From an uncultured cyanobacterium (GTDB lineage: Bacteria > Cyanobacteriota > Cyanobacteriia > Cyanobacteriales > Microcystaceae), in assembly GCA_963807635.1 (NCBI GenBank), contig CAWEDJ010000073.1, positions 74,037 to 138,036 on the forward strand: a DNA stretch of 64,000 bases, read 5' to 3'. Position 1 is the stretch's first letter. Each line of letters starts with the position of its first letter. Shown here one piece after another: positions 11,052 to 21,861 of this stretch. The position numbers and the translations under genes were made by a program. Under the pieces are notes generated by a model that was not told the origin of the DNA, did no database searches, and saw only the letters and a program-made list of their open reading frames with translations.

Positions 11052-11619
11052 TCAAAAAAGTAAGTCTAATAAAATATCGGGTTGATATTGATCAATTGTA
11101 GGATTTTCTTCATCGATATCCCAATTTAACGGATTATTAATAATATAACTTCTAATATTGACCAACGCCTTTTCATCTCGAATAATTTGCTCATAATATC
11201 GACCTTGCCAAACTACAGATAAGCCTTTTGTATTACAGATTTTATTGATTTTTTTTGTGACAATCGCTTTATAGGAACGAACGATACTAGAAATTGAACC
11301 TATAACAATATCACCAAATTTCCTATTTTTATTATCGCGTTGCGGAAGATTCAATAATCCACAATATTCCGTGTAGATGATTGGGCATAATTGTATAAGT
11401 ATCTAGGGCTACATTCGGAAAATGTTCAGGAATTTCTTGCCAATATTTATCTGCGATAGAACCCAGGGAATCGAATCGCATTTTTCCGTTTTTGATGTCC
11501 CCAAATATACATTGTTTTTGTTTGGTGCAAATTGTAATAAAATATGCTCCTGCTTGGCTGTAATTGTAATTTTTTAAACGAATAGTTTGACGATGGTGTA
11601 TCTCTGGATTGTAGGGCAT
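11052..11619 (-). mobile_element. REP-associated tyrosine transposase (RAYT, Y1/HUH; frameshift ~11340)
   Basis: HHRQTIRLKNYNYSQAGAYFITICT, IMPNHLHGI (HUH), WQGRYYEQIIRDE, YIINNPLNW; flanked by REPs. Confidence 0.92.
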
Positions 11620-11657
11620 GGTTAAATCATGGTTTTTCTATAATCTTCACATTTCTC

Positions 11658-11835
11658 GTAGGGACATAACACTGTTATGTCCTAATCTTATTGGGTGATA
11701 AAAGATTCAGAACTGTTAAATCATGTTTTTACCCACCCCTATTATTATGTCCTGATTTATATGATCGGTTTGGGTTTTTATTGGGTTTTCTGTCGGCGAT
11801 TGGGGGTTAAGGACATAATAGTGTTATGTCCCTAC
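11658..11835. repeat. REPIN-like element B (inverted pair of GTAG-REPs)
   Basis: GTAGGGACATAACACTGTTATGTCC at 11658-11682 and GGACATAATAGTGTTATGTCCCTAC at 11811-11835; half-REP at ~11740-11753. Confidence 0.88.
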
Positions 11836-11897
11836 AGGAGGGAAAAAGTTAAAAACGATAGAAAATCCAGAAAACTTATAGTCTTGATGATATTAAG

Positions 11898-12341
11898 TTA
11901 CACAATATATCTTTTGATTTTATAGTAGCAATCTAATAGCTCTGCTTGTGTATGGGAATCATATGTTTCAAGATTAGCAATAGTTTCTGATTCAACATGA
12001 AAATTTTTATGCCAGTTAGAATTAGTAGTTACAATGACTTTTTGTTGAACATTATTAAATTGATCTGCGGTAATATCAACAATAACTTGGTTCTGTTTAA
12101 GCCATGCGTGAGTATAATAATTTTGATTATCTTTATAGATTTTGCCCAAAATATAGTTAAAAACTCCCAGATTTGACTCTTTGAGATATTTTGCTAAAAT
12201 CAAACAAGTATCACCGCATGATCCTTTAGGAAAAGAACGAAAAGTATCTGGCAATATTTTTTTATCGCACTGCTCAATCGCTAGACGAAATTTGCCAGCA
12301 CATAACCTTATTTCATTAATCTTTGAATTATTAATAACCAT
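11898..12341 (-). CDS. Hypothetical protein with putative Cys-His-Asp (papain/transglutaminase-like) triad
   Basis: 147-aa AT-rich ORF; FPKGSCGDTC, THAWL, IVDITADQF. Confidence 0.7.
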   Translation of the reverse strand: MVINNSKINEIRLCAGKFRLAIEQCDKKILPDTFRSFPKGSCGDTCLILAKYLKESNLGVFNYILGKIYKDNQNYYTHAWLKQNQVIVDITADQFNNVQQKVIVTTNSNWHKNFHVESETIANLETYDSHTQAELLDCYYKIKRYIV

Positions 12342-12342
12342 A

Positions 12343-14025
12343 TTATTTTAAAGAAAAAGCAAGCCGAAAACCGAGAAAGGCATCGTGCCATTTCCCAGCG
12401 AAGGGCCCGAACCGATTTGCCGAGCGACAACCCTTCGGATTACCAATCCAAGAACCACCGCGCAGTAGTCTAAGAACACTTTGAGAAGGATTCTCATTCC
12501 AACTACTCCCATCCTGTGGAGCATTTTGATAATTCTCATGCCAACCGTCTTCACACCATTCCCACACATTTCCACTCATATCGTACAACCCCCAGTTGCT
12601 TGGCTTTTTCTCGCCTACTGGATGAGTTTTTGAGCCTGAATTATCCCAATCCCAAGCATATTCTCCTAACTGCTTTTCATCATCTCCGAAGTAATAACGG
12701 GTTTGGGTTCCTGCTCTACAGGAATATTCCCATTCGGCTTCACTCGGTAATCTGAATTTTTTGCCTGTTTGTTGATTTAACTTTTTACAAAACTCCTGAG
12801 CATCATCCCAACTGACATTTTCAACAGGGTTTTTAGGATTATCTTTAAATCTTGATGGATTATTTCCCATGATTGCTTGATATTGTTCTTGGGTAACGGG
12901 ATATTTTCCAATTGCAAATTGCTTAAGCGTTACTTGATGTTTGGGTTTTTCACTGTCATTTTCATCCGACCCCATCGTAAAAGTACCTGCGGGTAAAATA
13001 ACCATTTCTAATTGGATACCATTGGTAAGAGTTTCAATCAGAGTTTGAGGATAGGAAGATAGGGAAGCTGAGGGACGAGGAGAAGCAGGAATAGTAATAA
13101 TTGGAAGTGGAACTTGAATTTGAGTGACTGTTTGAGGATTTACTGTTTTTAAGCCTAAATCACCTAAAACATCTTTCACTTCCTGATACCGTCTTTTAGT
13201 CCCAAAAATAACCAATTTATCTAGAATATTACCCAGATCATTATTTATAGAATTATTAACCAAATAATCTCGCCAAATCCATTCATGTTCCCCCACATCA
13301 AACAAATCAAACGGCGAAATTCCTGTCAACAAATAAAGACAAGTCACCCCCAAACTATACAAATCGCTGGCATTAACCGCTTTTCCATTCATCTGTTCAG
13401 GAGCCACATACTCCGCCGAACCAATCATTGTTCCCGTGACTGAGCGATTAACAGGCGTTACTGCTTTTGCCGCCCCAAAATCCACTAAAACCAGCTTATT
13501 ATCCTGCGCTCTGCGAATAATATTTTCGGGCTTAATATCTCGATGAATCACTTGACGCTGATGGATAAAATCGAGAACGGGCAATAGATCGAGTAATAAG
13601 GCGCGAATTTTATCCTGATTAAAATTTCCCTGACTTTTTAACTCCTGCTCTAAATTTTGACCCGCGATATATTCCTGTACCAAATATTGACGCTTATCTT
13701 CATGGATAAAATAGGCCAATAATTCAGGAATTTGGGGATGCTTGCCCAACTCATCCAAACGCTTGGCTTCTTCGGCAAAGAGTTCTGCCGCTTTTTGGAA
13801 ACCGTCGGTTCCCTGACCTTGGGGAAAAAATTGCTTGATCACACACTGGGGTTTAGAGGGCTTATCGTGGTCGATCGCCAAGAAAGTTTTCCCAAAACCA
13901 CCTTGACCAATGAGTTTTAGGGCTTGGTAACGGTCTTTTAACCAGAGCTTTTGACCGCATTGCTGACAAAAACGATGAGTTTCGAGATTGACCGCCAAAC
14001 AATCAGGATTAAGACATTGATTCAT
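12343..14025 (-). CDS. Ser/Thr kinase with N-terminal 4-Cys motif and C-terminal FGE-sulfatase (CLec-fold) domain
   Basis: CLNPDC..CQQC; GQGGFG, HRDIKPEN, DFG, APE; FTMGS, RLPSEAEWEY, DMSGNVWEW, RGGSW...GFR. Confidence 0.95.
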   Translation of the reverse strand: MNQCLNPDCLAVNLETHRFCQQCGQKLWLKDRYQALKLIGQGGFGKTFLAIDHDKPSKPQCVIKQFFPQGQGTDGFQKAAELFAEEAKRLDELGKHPQIPELLAYFIHEDKRQYLVQEYIAGQNLEQELKSQGNFNQDKIRALLLDLLPVLDFIHQRQVIHRDIKPENIIRRAQDNKLVLVDFGAAKAVTPVNRSVTGTMIGSAEYVAPEQMNGKAVNASDLYSLGVTCLYLLTGISPFDLFDVGEHEWIWRDYLVNNSINNDLGNILDKLVIFGTKRRYQEVKDVLGDLGLKTVNPQTVTQIQVPLPIITIPASPRPSASLSSYPQTLIETLTNGIQLEMVILPAGTFTMGSDENDSEKPKHQVTLKQFAIGKYPVTQEQYQAIMGNNPSRFKDNPKNPVENVSWDDAQEFCKKLNQQTGKKFRLPSEAEWEYSCRAGTQTRYYFGDDEKQLGEYAWDWDNSGSKTHPVGEKKPSNWGLYDMSGNVWEWCEDGWHENYQNAPQDGSSWNENPSQSVLRLLRGGSWIGNPKGCRSANRFGPFAGKWHDAFLGFRLAFSLK

Positions 14026-14200
14026 AGAACTATGGATATTAATAAGCTGATTATAGTCAACTTGTTAATCATTACGCAATTTATCTATCAGCCAACTGAA
14101 GCACTTTTTGAATAAAAAAACTGGTCTATTTTTAAAAACATCGTCAAGATAGTCTATAGATAAAAAGATTGCCGATTCAATCATCTATTTTTAAGTTTCT

Positions 14201-15560
14201 ATGGCCACCTTGCTAATTAAAAATATCCACACCTTAGTCACGATGGATGAGACACGACGGGAAATCCGTGATGCGTCTTTATTTATCAGGGATAACATCA
14301 TTGAGCAGGTGGGAACCACCCTGAGAATTGCCCCAGACCGCCGACGAAGTGCTGGATTTACAAGGTCGTCATATTGTCCTTCCAGGTCTTATTAATCCCC
14401 ATCATCACTTTTATCAAACCCTCACCCGTGTCGTCCCTGCCGCCCAAAATTGTGATCTATTTCATTGGCTCCAAACTCTCTATCCAATTTGGCAAAATCT
14501 CACCCCAAAATCGGTTTATATCAGTTCCCAAATGGCCGCCGCCGAGTTGATGTTATCGGGCTGTACGACGGCCAGCAATCATCTCTATATTTATCCCAAT
14601 GGCAGTACTTTAGATGATGAAATTGAAGCCATAGAGGTTATGGGGCTAAGGTTCCATGCCAGTCGGGGTAGCATGAGTTTAGGAGAAAGTTTGGGAGGGT
14701 TGCCGCCTGATTCGATGGTGGAAAAGGAAGCGGATATTCTCAAGGATAGTCAACGATTAATTGAGCAATATCACGATAATACTCGCCATGCCATGCTACG
14801 GATTACCCTGGCTCCCTGTTCACCTTTTTCCGTATCTCCTGATTTAATGCGAGAATCGGCGGCTCTAGCGCGATCGCATTCTGGCATCAGACTCCATACC
14901 CATTTAGCAGAAAATAAATCGGATGTTGAGTATAGTCTGGCAAATTTTGGCATGACTCCAGAGGATTATGCCGAATCCGTTGGTTGGTTAGGCAATGATG
15001 TCTGGCACGCCCATTGTGTTCAATTAGATGATCGGGCCATTCAACGGTTTGGAGAAACGGGAACGGGAGTTGCCCATTGTCCTTGTAGTAATATGCGTTT
15101 GGCGAGCGGCATGGCTCCCATTCGGAAAATGCTTAATCATCACGTTCCTGTGGGTTTAGGAGTAGATGGTTCGGCTTCCAATGACGGTTCCAATTTATTA
15201 AATGAAGCTAGAATGGCTTTTTTAATGGCACGGGTTCGGGAACTGGATGCGGCGGCTATGACAGCACGGGAGGCGCTGGAACTGGCAACTTTGGGAGGGG
15301 CAAAGGTTTTGGGAAGGGATGATATTGGTTCTCTTTCTCCTGGAATGGCTGCGGATTTTATTGCCATTAATCTGGATCGCCCAGAACTAGCAGGGGCGCA
15401 CCACGATGCGATCGCGGCTATTATTTTTTGCCAAATTAAGTTCGTGGATTATAGTTTTATTAATGGTCGAAAAGTGGTAGATCAAGGCAGATTAACGCCG
15501 ATTGAATTAGAAATCTTGGTAGAAAAACATAACCGTTTAGCCTATCAATTGCTGGCCTAA
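14201..15560 (+). CDS. 8-oxoguanine deaminase / amidohydrolase family (frameshift ~14325)
   Basis: PGLINPHHHFYQTLTR, APCSPFS, LHTHLAE, WHAHCV, HCPCSNMRLASG, GVDGSASND. Confidence 0.9.
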
Positions 15561-15676
15561 TCGAGAAAACCCTATTGAAAGGCGATCGCGGATTCTTTCC
15601 AAAATTAAGCAAATGATATAATATCATTGAGGAAAAATAACCCATAAAGTCGCTGAAAAAGCAAAAAAAATTAATT

Positions 15677-16065
15677 ATGAGCCTATTAGGAAATATTATT
15701 TGGTTAATCTTTGGCGGTTTCTTAGCAGGAATCGGCTATATTTTTGGCGGATCCTGGCGTGCCTCACGATTATTGGTATTCCCTTTGGTCAACAAGCCAT
15801 TAAATTAGGCGTTGCCACCATGACCCCCTTTGGCCGTGAAATTGTCCCGACTCCCGAAGCGGGCAGTACCCTCAACATGATCCTCAATATTGTCTGGATT
15901 TTAGTGATTGGTTGGGGAATTGCTGTCACTCATTTAACCTCTGCCGCGATTCTTGCCGTGACCATTATTGGTATTCCCTTTGCCCTACAACACATCAAAC
16001 TGATTCCTTTAGCTTTATTTCCCTTTGGTCGAGACTGCGTTAAAGTTCTTTGTAACTGCCTGTAA
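15677..16065 (+). CDS. YccF-domain inner membrane protein (frameshift ~15750, probably another near the 3' end)
   Basis: ATG at 15677 gives MSLLGNIIWLIFGGFLAG; two TIIGIPF...PFGR repeats. Confidence 0.88.
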
Positions 16066-16153
16066 TTGTTCTCAAATTTTTGAATCCGAACCTCTTTTTG
16101 AATCCTATCAACTTTTAATAAATCCTGATCCATTATCAATTGAATGATTAATA

Positions 16154-17455
16154 ATGAAAAATAAAATAGAGGTAATCGGTATCGGTTTAGACGGGATTAC
16201 TGGACTAATCGAAGAGACTCGTATTTTAATAGAAAAAGCAACGGTTTTAGTCGGTAGCGATCGCCACTTGCAATTTTTTGTTAATCATTCCGCAGAAAAG
16301 TTGGTTTTAGGAGATTTTTTAGTCATCTTTGAAACCATGAGAAGACGACTAAAACAGGAGGAAAATATTGTTGTTTTAGTCAGTGGTGATCCGCTCTTTT
16401 TTGGATTAGGTAGGCTTTTAGTCGAAAATTTTCCTGCCGAACAATTAAATTTTCATCCCCATCTCAGTTCGGTACAATTAGCTTTTAATCGCTTACAATT
16501 ACCCTGGCATGATGCAAAGATTGTCAGTATTCATGGGCGTTCTTTAAATCTACTGATTCCCTTATTGCAAAAAGGTGTAAAAAAATTGCCATTCTGACCG
16601 ATCAGGAAAATAATCGCCGCGATCGCCCAATTTTATCAACAATTAGATTTGCCCGCCTCCTATCAATTTTGGATTTGTGAAAGATTGGGTGCGATCGATG
16701 AAAAAGTTTATTCTGCTTCTCCTCAAGAAATTAGCTTATTAACTGATCAAGATTTTTCACCCTTAAATATTGTTATTTTAGTTCGTAAAAATGTATTAGA
16801 TTTAGTTGAACTTGATTCGGAAAAATTACCCCTATTTGGATTACCCGATTCTAGTTTTTATAGTTTTGAAGATCGTCCTGGATTGATGACAAAACGGGAA
16901 GTCCGCATGATGGTTTTAGGGGAACTGGCTTTACAACCCAAGCAAATTATTTGGGATATTGGATCAGGAACAGGTTCAGTCTCGATTGAAATTGCTCGTT
17001 TATGCCCTAATTCTAAAATTTATGCAATCGAAAAAACTGCAATGGGAATTGTCTTAATTGAACGCAATGCCCAACGCTTTCGAGTCGATAATGTTTATGC
17101 TATCCAAGGAAAAGCTCCCGAAATTTTAGCCGATTTACCCACGCCTGATCGCATTTTTATTGGTGGAAGTGGCGGAAAGTTAACCCAGGTTTTAAATTTT
17201 TGTCAAGCGAAGATCGGTAAACAAGGAAAAATCGTTTTAGCCCTAGCAACCCTAGAACATATTGCTCTCTGTTTAAATTGGTTTAAGGAGCATCAATGGA
17301 ATTATTCTTTTCAAGAAATTCATATTTCGCGATCGCTGCCAATCGCTGAATTAACCCGTCTCCATCCTCTCAATCCTGTGATGTTAATTGAAGCAACACC
17401 CTTTTTCGGAGTGATTAATTCCGATCTTAATGAAGATGGCATGAATCACGAATAA
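16154..17455 (+). CDS. cobL: Bifunctional precorrin-6Y methyltransferase CbiE/CbiT (frameshift ~16590-16620)
   Basis: VIGIGLDG, SGDPLFFGLG, SIHGR, GLMTKREVR, WDIGSGTGSVSIE, PDRIFIGG. Confidence 0.92.
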
Positions 17456-17495
17456 CAACTTACACCACTTTGTGGTTAAATTTCGTACAGGGTAA

Positions 17496-17519
17496 GGACA
17501 TAATATATTATGTCCCTAC
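17496..17519 (-). repeat. Solo REP of the same family as the RAYT-flanking REPs
   Basis: GGACATAATATATTATGTCCCTAC, 40 bp after the cobL stop. Confidence 0.85.
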
Positions 17520-17650
17520 AAAGATTTTTCCCTCATTAAAAGGCAATTTGCTGGATTAACAACTTATTTCCTAAAATTTCCATATCCTCGGCTTTGTTTG
17601 TCTCTATAATTAAGTCATTCGGAATACTCCTGCCCTCGCTCAATTCTTCT

Positions 17651-18130
17651 ATGCCAACATTAGATTATTCCCAGACCTACTCCTGTCCACTTTGTTTGCG
17701 GGGAGAAATTCGCGCTTTTCCACTCATGGATGCCTTTGGGTGCGATTTTTGTCGTCACATTTTTAGTGCCAATCTGGAGGAACAAGTACTGGATTTGGCA
17801 GACGGACAAGTGCCTCGACGTTGGTATAGAAAGGGGAATCAGTGGATTACAAAGGATCAAGAAACCTTTTGGGGTTACGGCTTATTTGGTTTGATTTTAA
17901 TTATTTTGCCGACAGCGATCGTTGCGTTGGGAGCCTATTGCTTTCCACCTTTGCCGAATAGTCCTTTGTCCTGGTTACCTAAGCTTTGGGTGGTGTTGAC
18001 CCTAATTTTTCATCTTATTTTTTTAAGCTGGTTAGCTTCTCTTTATTTTCAATTTCCTTTCGCAAGTTATTTCCGATTATTCCAGGAGCGTTTTCATCTA
18101 GTCAATTTTAGGGAAGATAACAATCGTTGA
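17651..18130 (+). CDS. Hypothetical protein, N-terminal CxxC..CxxC and two TM helices
   Basis: CPLC...LMDAFGCDFCRHIF; two hydrophobic segments. Confidence 0.75.
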   Translation: MPTLDYSQTYSCPLCLRGEIRAFPLMDAFGCDFCRHIFSANLEEQVLDLADGQVPRRWYRKGNQWITKDQETFWGYGLFGLILIILPTAIVALGAYCFPPLPNSPLSWLPKLWVVLTLIFHLIFLSWLASLYFQFPFASYFRLFQERFHLVNFREDNNR

Positions 18131-18181
18131 TAAGTTGTGACAAATCTAAATTGCATTATCAAAATCCCTAATGCTATGTAA

Positions 18182-18201
18182 CAAGGGGCTTAAGCCCCTT
18201 G
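18182..18201. terminator. Perfect 20-bp palindrome between convergent genes (terminator or dispersed repeat)
   Basis: CAAGGGGCTTAAGCCCCTTG between the 18130 and 18224 stops. Confidence 0.65.
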
Positions 18202-18223
18202 CCTATAAAGTCCCCAAAAAGAT

Positions 18224-19822
18224 TTATTTTTTGCCCACTTTTAAACTACTCGGTACGGCGAGATTTCCTTCCAAAACAATTCCCCGATTATTGGCCGCAA
18301 GATGGCGCACAATCTTATAAACTGCCTCTATTTGATCCTCTGCTCCTGCTTGGGCCGCTAGAGTGGCTAAATCTAAGGACTGCGAGGTATTTTTCAGGCT
18401 ATTGAGAACAGACTCTTGTAAAGCCAACAGGGAGGCGGCGGCTTTTTTACCCGCTTCTACTCCAGGTTGATGATAGGCATTAATATTCACTAAAGAAGCA
18501 TAGAGACTGACTGCACGTTCGTAGAGAGCGATTAAAGCCCCAACTGTGCGAGGATTCACCTGTTTAATAGTAATTGTGACGGAATCTCGTTTATTTTCAT
18601 ATAGTGCTTGGCGAGTTCCCTGTAAAAAGCCCGAAAGATAATCCCCAGAAGTTACGCCTGGCTCGAATTCAGCCGAGGAACCTGTGCGATCTTCGAGAAC
18701 TTCAATAAAAGTCGCAAAGAAATTCGCAACGCCTTCCCGTAGTTGTTGGACATAGGCGTGTTGGTCGGTGGAGCCTTTGTTGCCATAGACTGCGATGCCT
18801 TGATGCACAACCCGACCGTCTAAATCGGTTTCTTTGCCCAGGGATTCCATGATTAATTGTTGGAGATAACGGCTAAAGAGGAGCAGGCTGTCTTTGTAGG
18901 GGAGAACCACCATATCTTTTTCTCCTTGGCCATTAGTGCCGTAATACCAAGCGAGAGCCAGTAAGGCGGCGGGATTGCCTTTAAGAGAAGTAATGCGGGT
19001 GGCTTCGTCCATTTCCTTGGCCCCTGCTAACATTGCCTGAATATCAATTCCCTGAAGAGCGGCGGGCAACAGTCCAACAGCAGACATTTCAGAGGTTCTT
19101 CCTCCCACCCAATCTTGCATGGGGAAGGTCGTGAGCCAGTTTTCTGCCTGGGCGACTTCCGATAATTTACTGCCTGGCATGGTGACCGCGATCGCGTATT
19201 TAGCAAAATCTAAACCCTGGGCTTCGTAGGCAAGCTTGGTTTCGAGCATTCCATTGCGGGGTTCGGGAGTGCCGCCCGATTTACTGGTAACAATCACCAG
19301 GGTACTTTTGAGCTTATCTTTGAGACGGTTGAGGACGCGATCGATTCCCGCAGGATCAACGTTATCGATAAAGTGAATATCTAAAGTAGGAAAATCAGGA
19401 GCTAGGGCTTCAGCCACAAATTCTGGGCAAAGGGCCGAGCCACCAATGCCAATGGAAATAATATCGGTAAATTTTACTGCGCTAGGGGGTTTAATTGTTC
19501 CAGCGTGAACTTTTTCAACAAAATCCGCAATCTGTACCAACGGTTCGGTGATTTCTTTTTTTAACGCTTCATTCGGAGCCAAATCGGGATTCCGTAACCA
19601 GTAGTGGCCGACCATACGCTGTTCGTCGGGGTTGGCGATCGCACCTTTTTCGAGAGCGGCTACATCCTGAAAAGCTTTATCAAATTTGGGAATCAGACTT
19701 TCAACCAGAGCATCATCAAAGCGCATCCGACTGATATCCAGATATAACTCCAGCCCAGAGTGATAATAGAGCCAGTCTTGGTAACGTTGCCACAGTTGTT
19801 GATTGTTCATAAAAAGACTCAT
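18224..19822 (-). CDS. pgi: Glucose-6-phosphate isomerase
   Basis: [63 protein letters not shown]. Confidence 0.96.
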   Translation of the reverse strand: MSLFMNNQQLWQRYQDWLYYHSGLELYLDISRMRFDDALVESLIPKFDKAFQDVAALEKGAIANPDEQRMVGHYWLRNPDLAPNEALKKEITEPLVQIADFVEKVHAGTIKPPSAVKFTDIISIGIGGSALCPEFVAEALAPDFPTLDIHFIDNVDPAGIDRVLNRLKDKLKSTLVIVTSKSGGTPEPRNGMLETKLAYEAQGLDFAKYAIAVTMPGSKLSEVAQAENWLTTFPMQDWVGGRTSEMSAVGLLPAALQGIDIQAMLAGAKEMDEATRITSLKGNPAALLALAWYYGTNGQGEKDMVVLPYKDSLLLFSRYLQQLIMESLGKETDLDGRVVHQGIAVYGNKGSTDQHAYVQQLREGVANFFATFIEVLEDRTGSSAEFEPGVTSGDYLSGFLQGTRQALYENKRDSVTITIKQVNPRTVGALIALYERAVSLYASLVNINAYHQPGVEAGKKAAASLLALQESVLNSLKNTSQSLDLATLAAQAGAEDQIEAVYKIVRHLAANNRGIVLEGNLAVPSSLKVGKK

Positions 19823-19897
19823 AAGCTGAAAAAACCATCTGCATTATAAGAAGTATCGCAAACTTTGCCCGTATCAACCGTCGCTAAACGATTTGAT

Positions 19898-20335
19898 TTA
19901 TCCTTCAAAGGCCGATTCTAAATAATCCTGAAGTATTAGCTGATAACCGTCTTTCCAAAAGGGTTGACCCATTTTTAGATTGATTAATGATGAATCTTTT
20001 TCTAAGCTAGAACGCGATCGCTGATAACTCACTAAGGCCACATCAAAGCGACAGGGAAAATGGGCCAAACGAGGATATTGAGATAAAAACAAATTCGCAG
20101 TCAGACAAATTTTACGTTGTTTGGTGAAATTTACCGCTAATTGTCCCCCTTCATCCCAATTGCCCCCACTACGGGTTTTAACCTCTACAAAGGCCAACAT
20201 TTCCATCCGACTGGAACGAGCAATCAAATCAATCTCTCCCCAACGCGATCGCCATCTTTCCTGAAGAATGAGCCAACCCTGACTTTTTAACCATTGAGCA
20301 ACGAACTGTTCCCCCAGATGACCAATTTCTGTCAT
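19898..20335 (-). CDS. YraN (UPF0102) family nuclease-like protein
   Basis: GEQFV, GEIDLIA, FVEVKTR, RFDVA. Confidence 0.92.
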   Translation of the reverse strand: MTEIGHLGEQFVAQWLKSQGWLILQERWRSRWGEIDLIARSSRMEMLAFVEVKTRSGGNWDEGGQLAVNFTKQRKICLTANLFLSQYPRLAHFPCRFDVALVSYQRSRSSLEKDSSLINLKMGQPFWKDGYQLILQDYLESAFEG

Positions 20336-20459
20336 AAATTCCAGACCGCCCTATACTTTGCTAAAATTTTATCACCACTAAACAGTGTCTCAAATTAAAT
20401 TTTCATTCAAAGCAACAAAATCAACTATTTTCAATAAAACTTTATTCGACGGATAAAAC

Positions 20460-20974
20460 ATGATCAAGAATACTCAAAAATCAAACAAGATTCTCCTATT
20501 TTTTCGTAGAATTATCCTCAGTTTAGTCACTATTTTTTGTGTGCTAAATAGTCTAACGAATCCTGTTTGGGCAGTCAGCTACAATAACCGCAGTTTATTG
20601 GATAATGATTTCTCTGGTCAAGATATGCGTGGTGATAGTTTTGACCATGCTAATTTACGGGGCAGTGATTTTAGTAACGCCAACCTCCAAGGAGTCCGCT
20701 TTTTTTCTGCTAATTTAGAATCGGCTAATTTTTCAGGGGCAGATCTGCGGCAGCGGATCTAGAATCGGCTCGTTTGACCCGTGCAAATTTTACCAATGCA
20801 GTCTTGGAAGGGGCTTTTGCAACCAATAGTAAGTTTCAAGGCGCGATCGTGGAAGGGGCTGATTTTACCGATGTGATCATGCGTCCCGATACGGAAGCCT
20901 ATTTATGTGAAATTGCTAGTGGAACGAATCCCGTCACAGGGAGAAATACCCGCGATACGCTCTTTTGTCGATAG
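20460..20974 (+). CDS. Exported pentapeptide-repeat protein (frameshift ~20750)
   Basis: Signal peptide; A(N/D)LxG/A(N/D)F repeats; C-terminal [16 protein letters not shown]. Confidence 0.88.
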
Positions 20975-20982
20975 CAATCAAA

Positions 20983-21621
20983 CTATTGGGGTTTAGCACC
21001 ATACCATTGTTGATACCAGCCTTGCATCTCATTAATTTCTTTAGTCTGAGCTTGGATAATCGCCTGAGCAAGTTGCTTCATTTCAGGATGGACGGCATTA
21101 GAAAGAAGGTGTTGGGACATCATCACAGCCATTTGGTGATGGGGAATCATTTCTTCAATAAAGGCTTGATCAAAATTTTTCGCTTTACTTAAAGCGGCAA
21201 GATCTGTTCTCATGTTACCCATCATTCCTCGCTTCCCCCCGTGCATCATGCCTCCTCCTATATTATTTCCATCGACTTTTGGGACATCGGTTCCGTACCA
21301 TTTTTTATACCAAGCCCGCATTTGTTCAATTTCCTGACTTTGGCTGGTTTTTATATTTTTGGCAAGTTGTTTGATTTCAGGATGCTCGGCGCGGGTGAGG
21401 GCCATATTTGCCATCGCGATCGCGTCTTCATGGTGGGGAATCATCATGGTAATAAAGTGTTGATCTCCCATCATGCCCATACCAGGAGAGCTAGGGGAGG
21501 GCTTGGGAGATATTTGCGCTTGTAAAGTCTTCATCCGTCCAGCGAGTAAGGGATAGAGAGTAAAAAATACCAGGAGAGCTAACAGCCCTACGCCCAAACC
21601 ATATTTAAGTTGATTTTTCAT
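20983..21621 (-). CDS. DUF305 (CopM-like, Met/His-rich) exported metal-binding protein
   Basis: Two F...MIPHH..A..M repeats, Met-rich linker, N-terminal hydrophobic segment. Confidence 0.88.
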   Translation of the reverse strand: MKNQLKYGLGVGLLALLVFFTLYPLLAGRMKTLQAQISPKPSPSSPGMGMMGDQHFITMMIPHHEDAIAMANMALTRAEHPEIKQLAKNIKTSQSQEIEQMRAWYKKWYGTDVPKVDGNNIGGGMMHGGKRGMMGNMRTDLAALSKAKNFDQAFIEEMIPHHQMAVMMSQHLLSNAVHPEMKQLAQAIIQAQTKEINEMQGWYQQWYGAKPQ

Positions 21622-21861
21622 GATTATTTTGTAAAAGTATTTTAAATAAGGGAACAAAAGGTAGTTTGACAATATGTGGATTGTAACAAATTTACTTAAA
21701 AAAGCTTGAATTATTCTCAATTCTTATTATTCATCTTTTTTTACTTTAAATAAATTTCAGAAAGAATAAATACCCACTAATCGCATTTTGATGAATTTGA
21801 CAAAACATCAGCCTGTTTTTATGGTATTTTATGAAGTTATATTAAAATTATTAAATTTTTT

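Noticed and set aside
11695..11925. 76-aa ORF
   Set aside because: Lies across REPIN B and overlaps the opposite-strand gene end; likely spurious
21721..21734. CopR-like TTCAT direct repeat upstream of the DUF305 gene
   Set aside because: One mismatch, AT-rich context, and no copRS nearby; indistinguishable from chance
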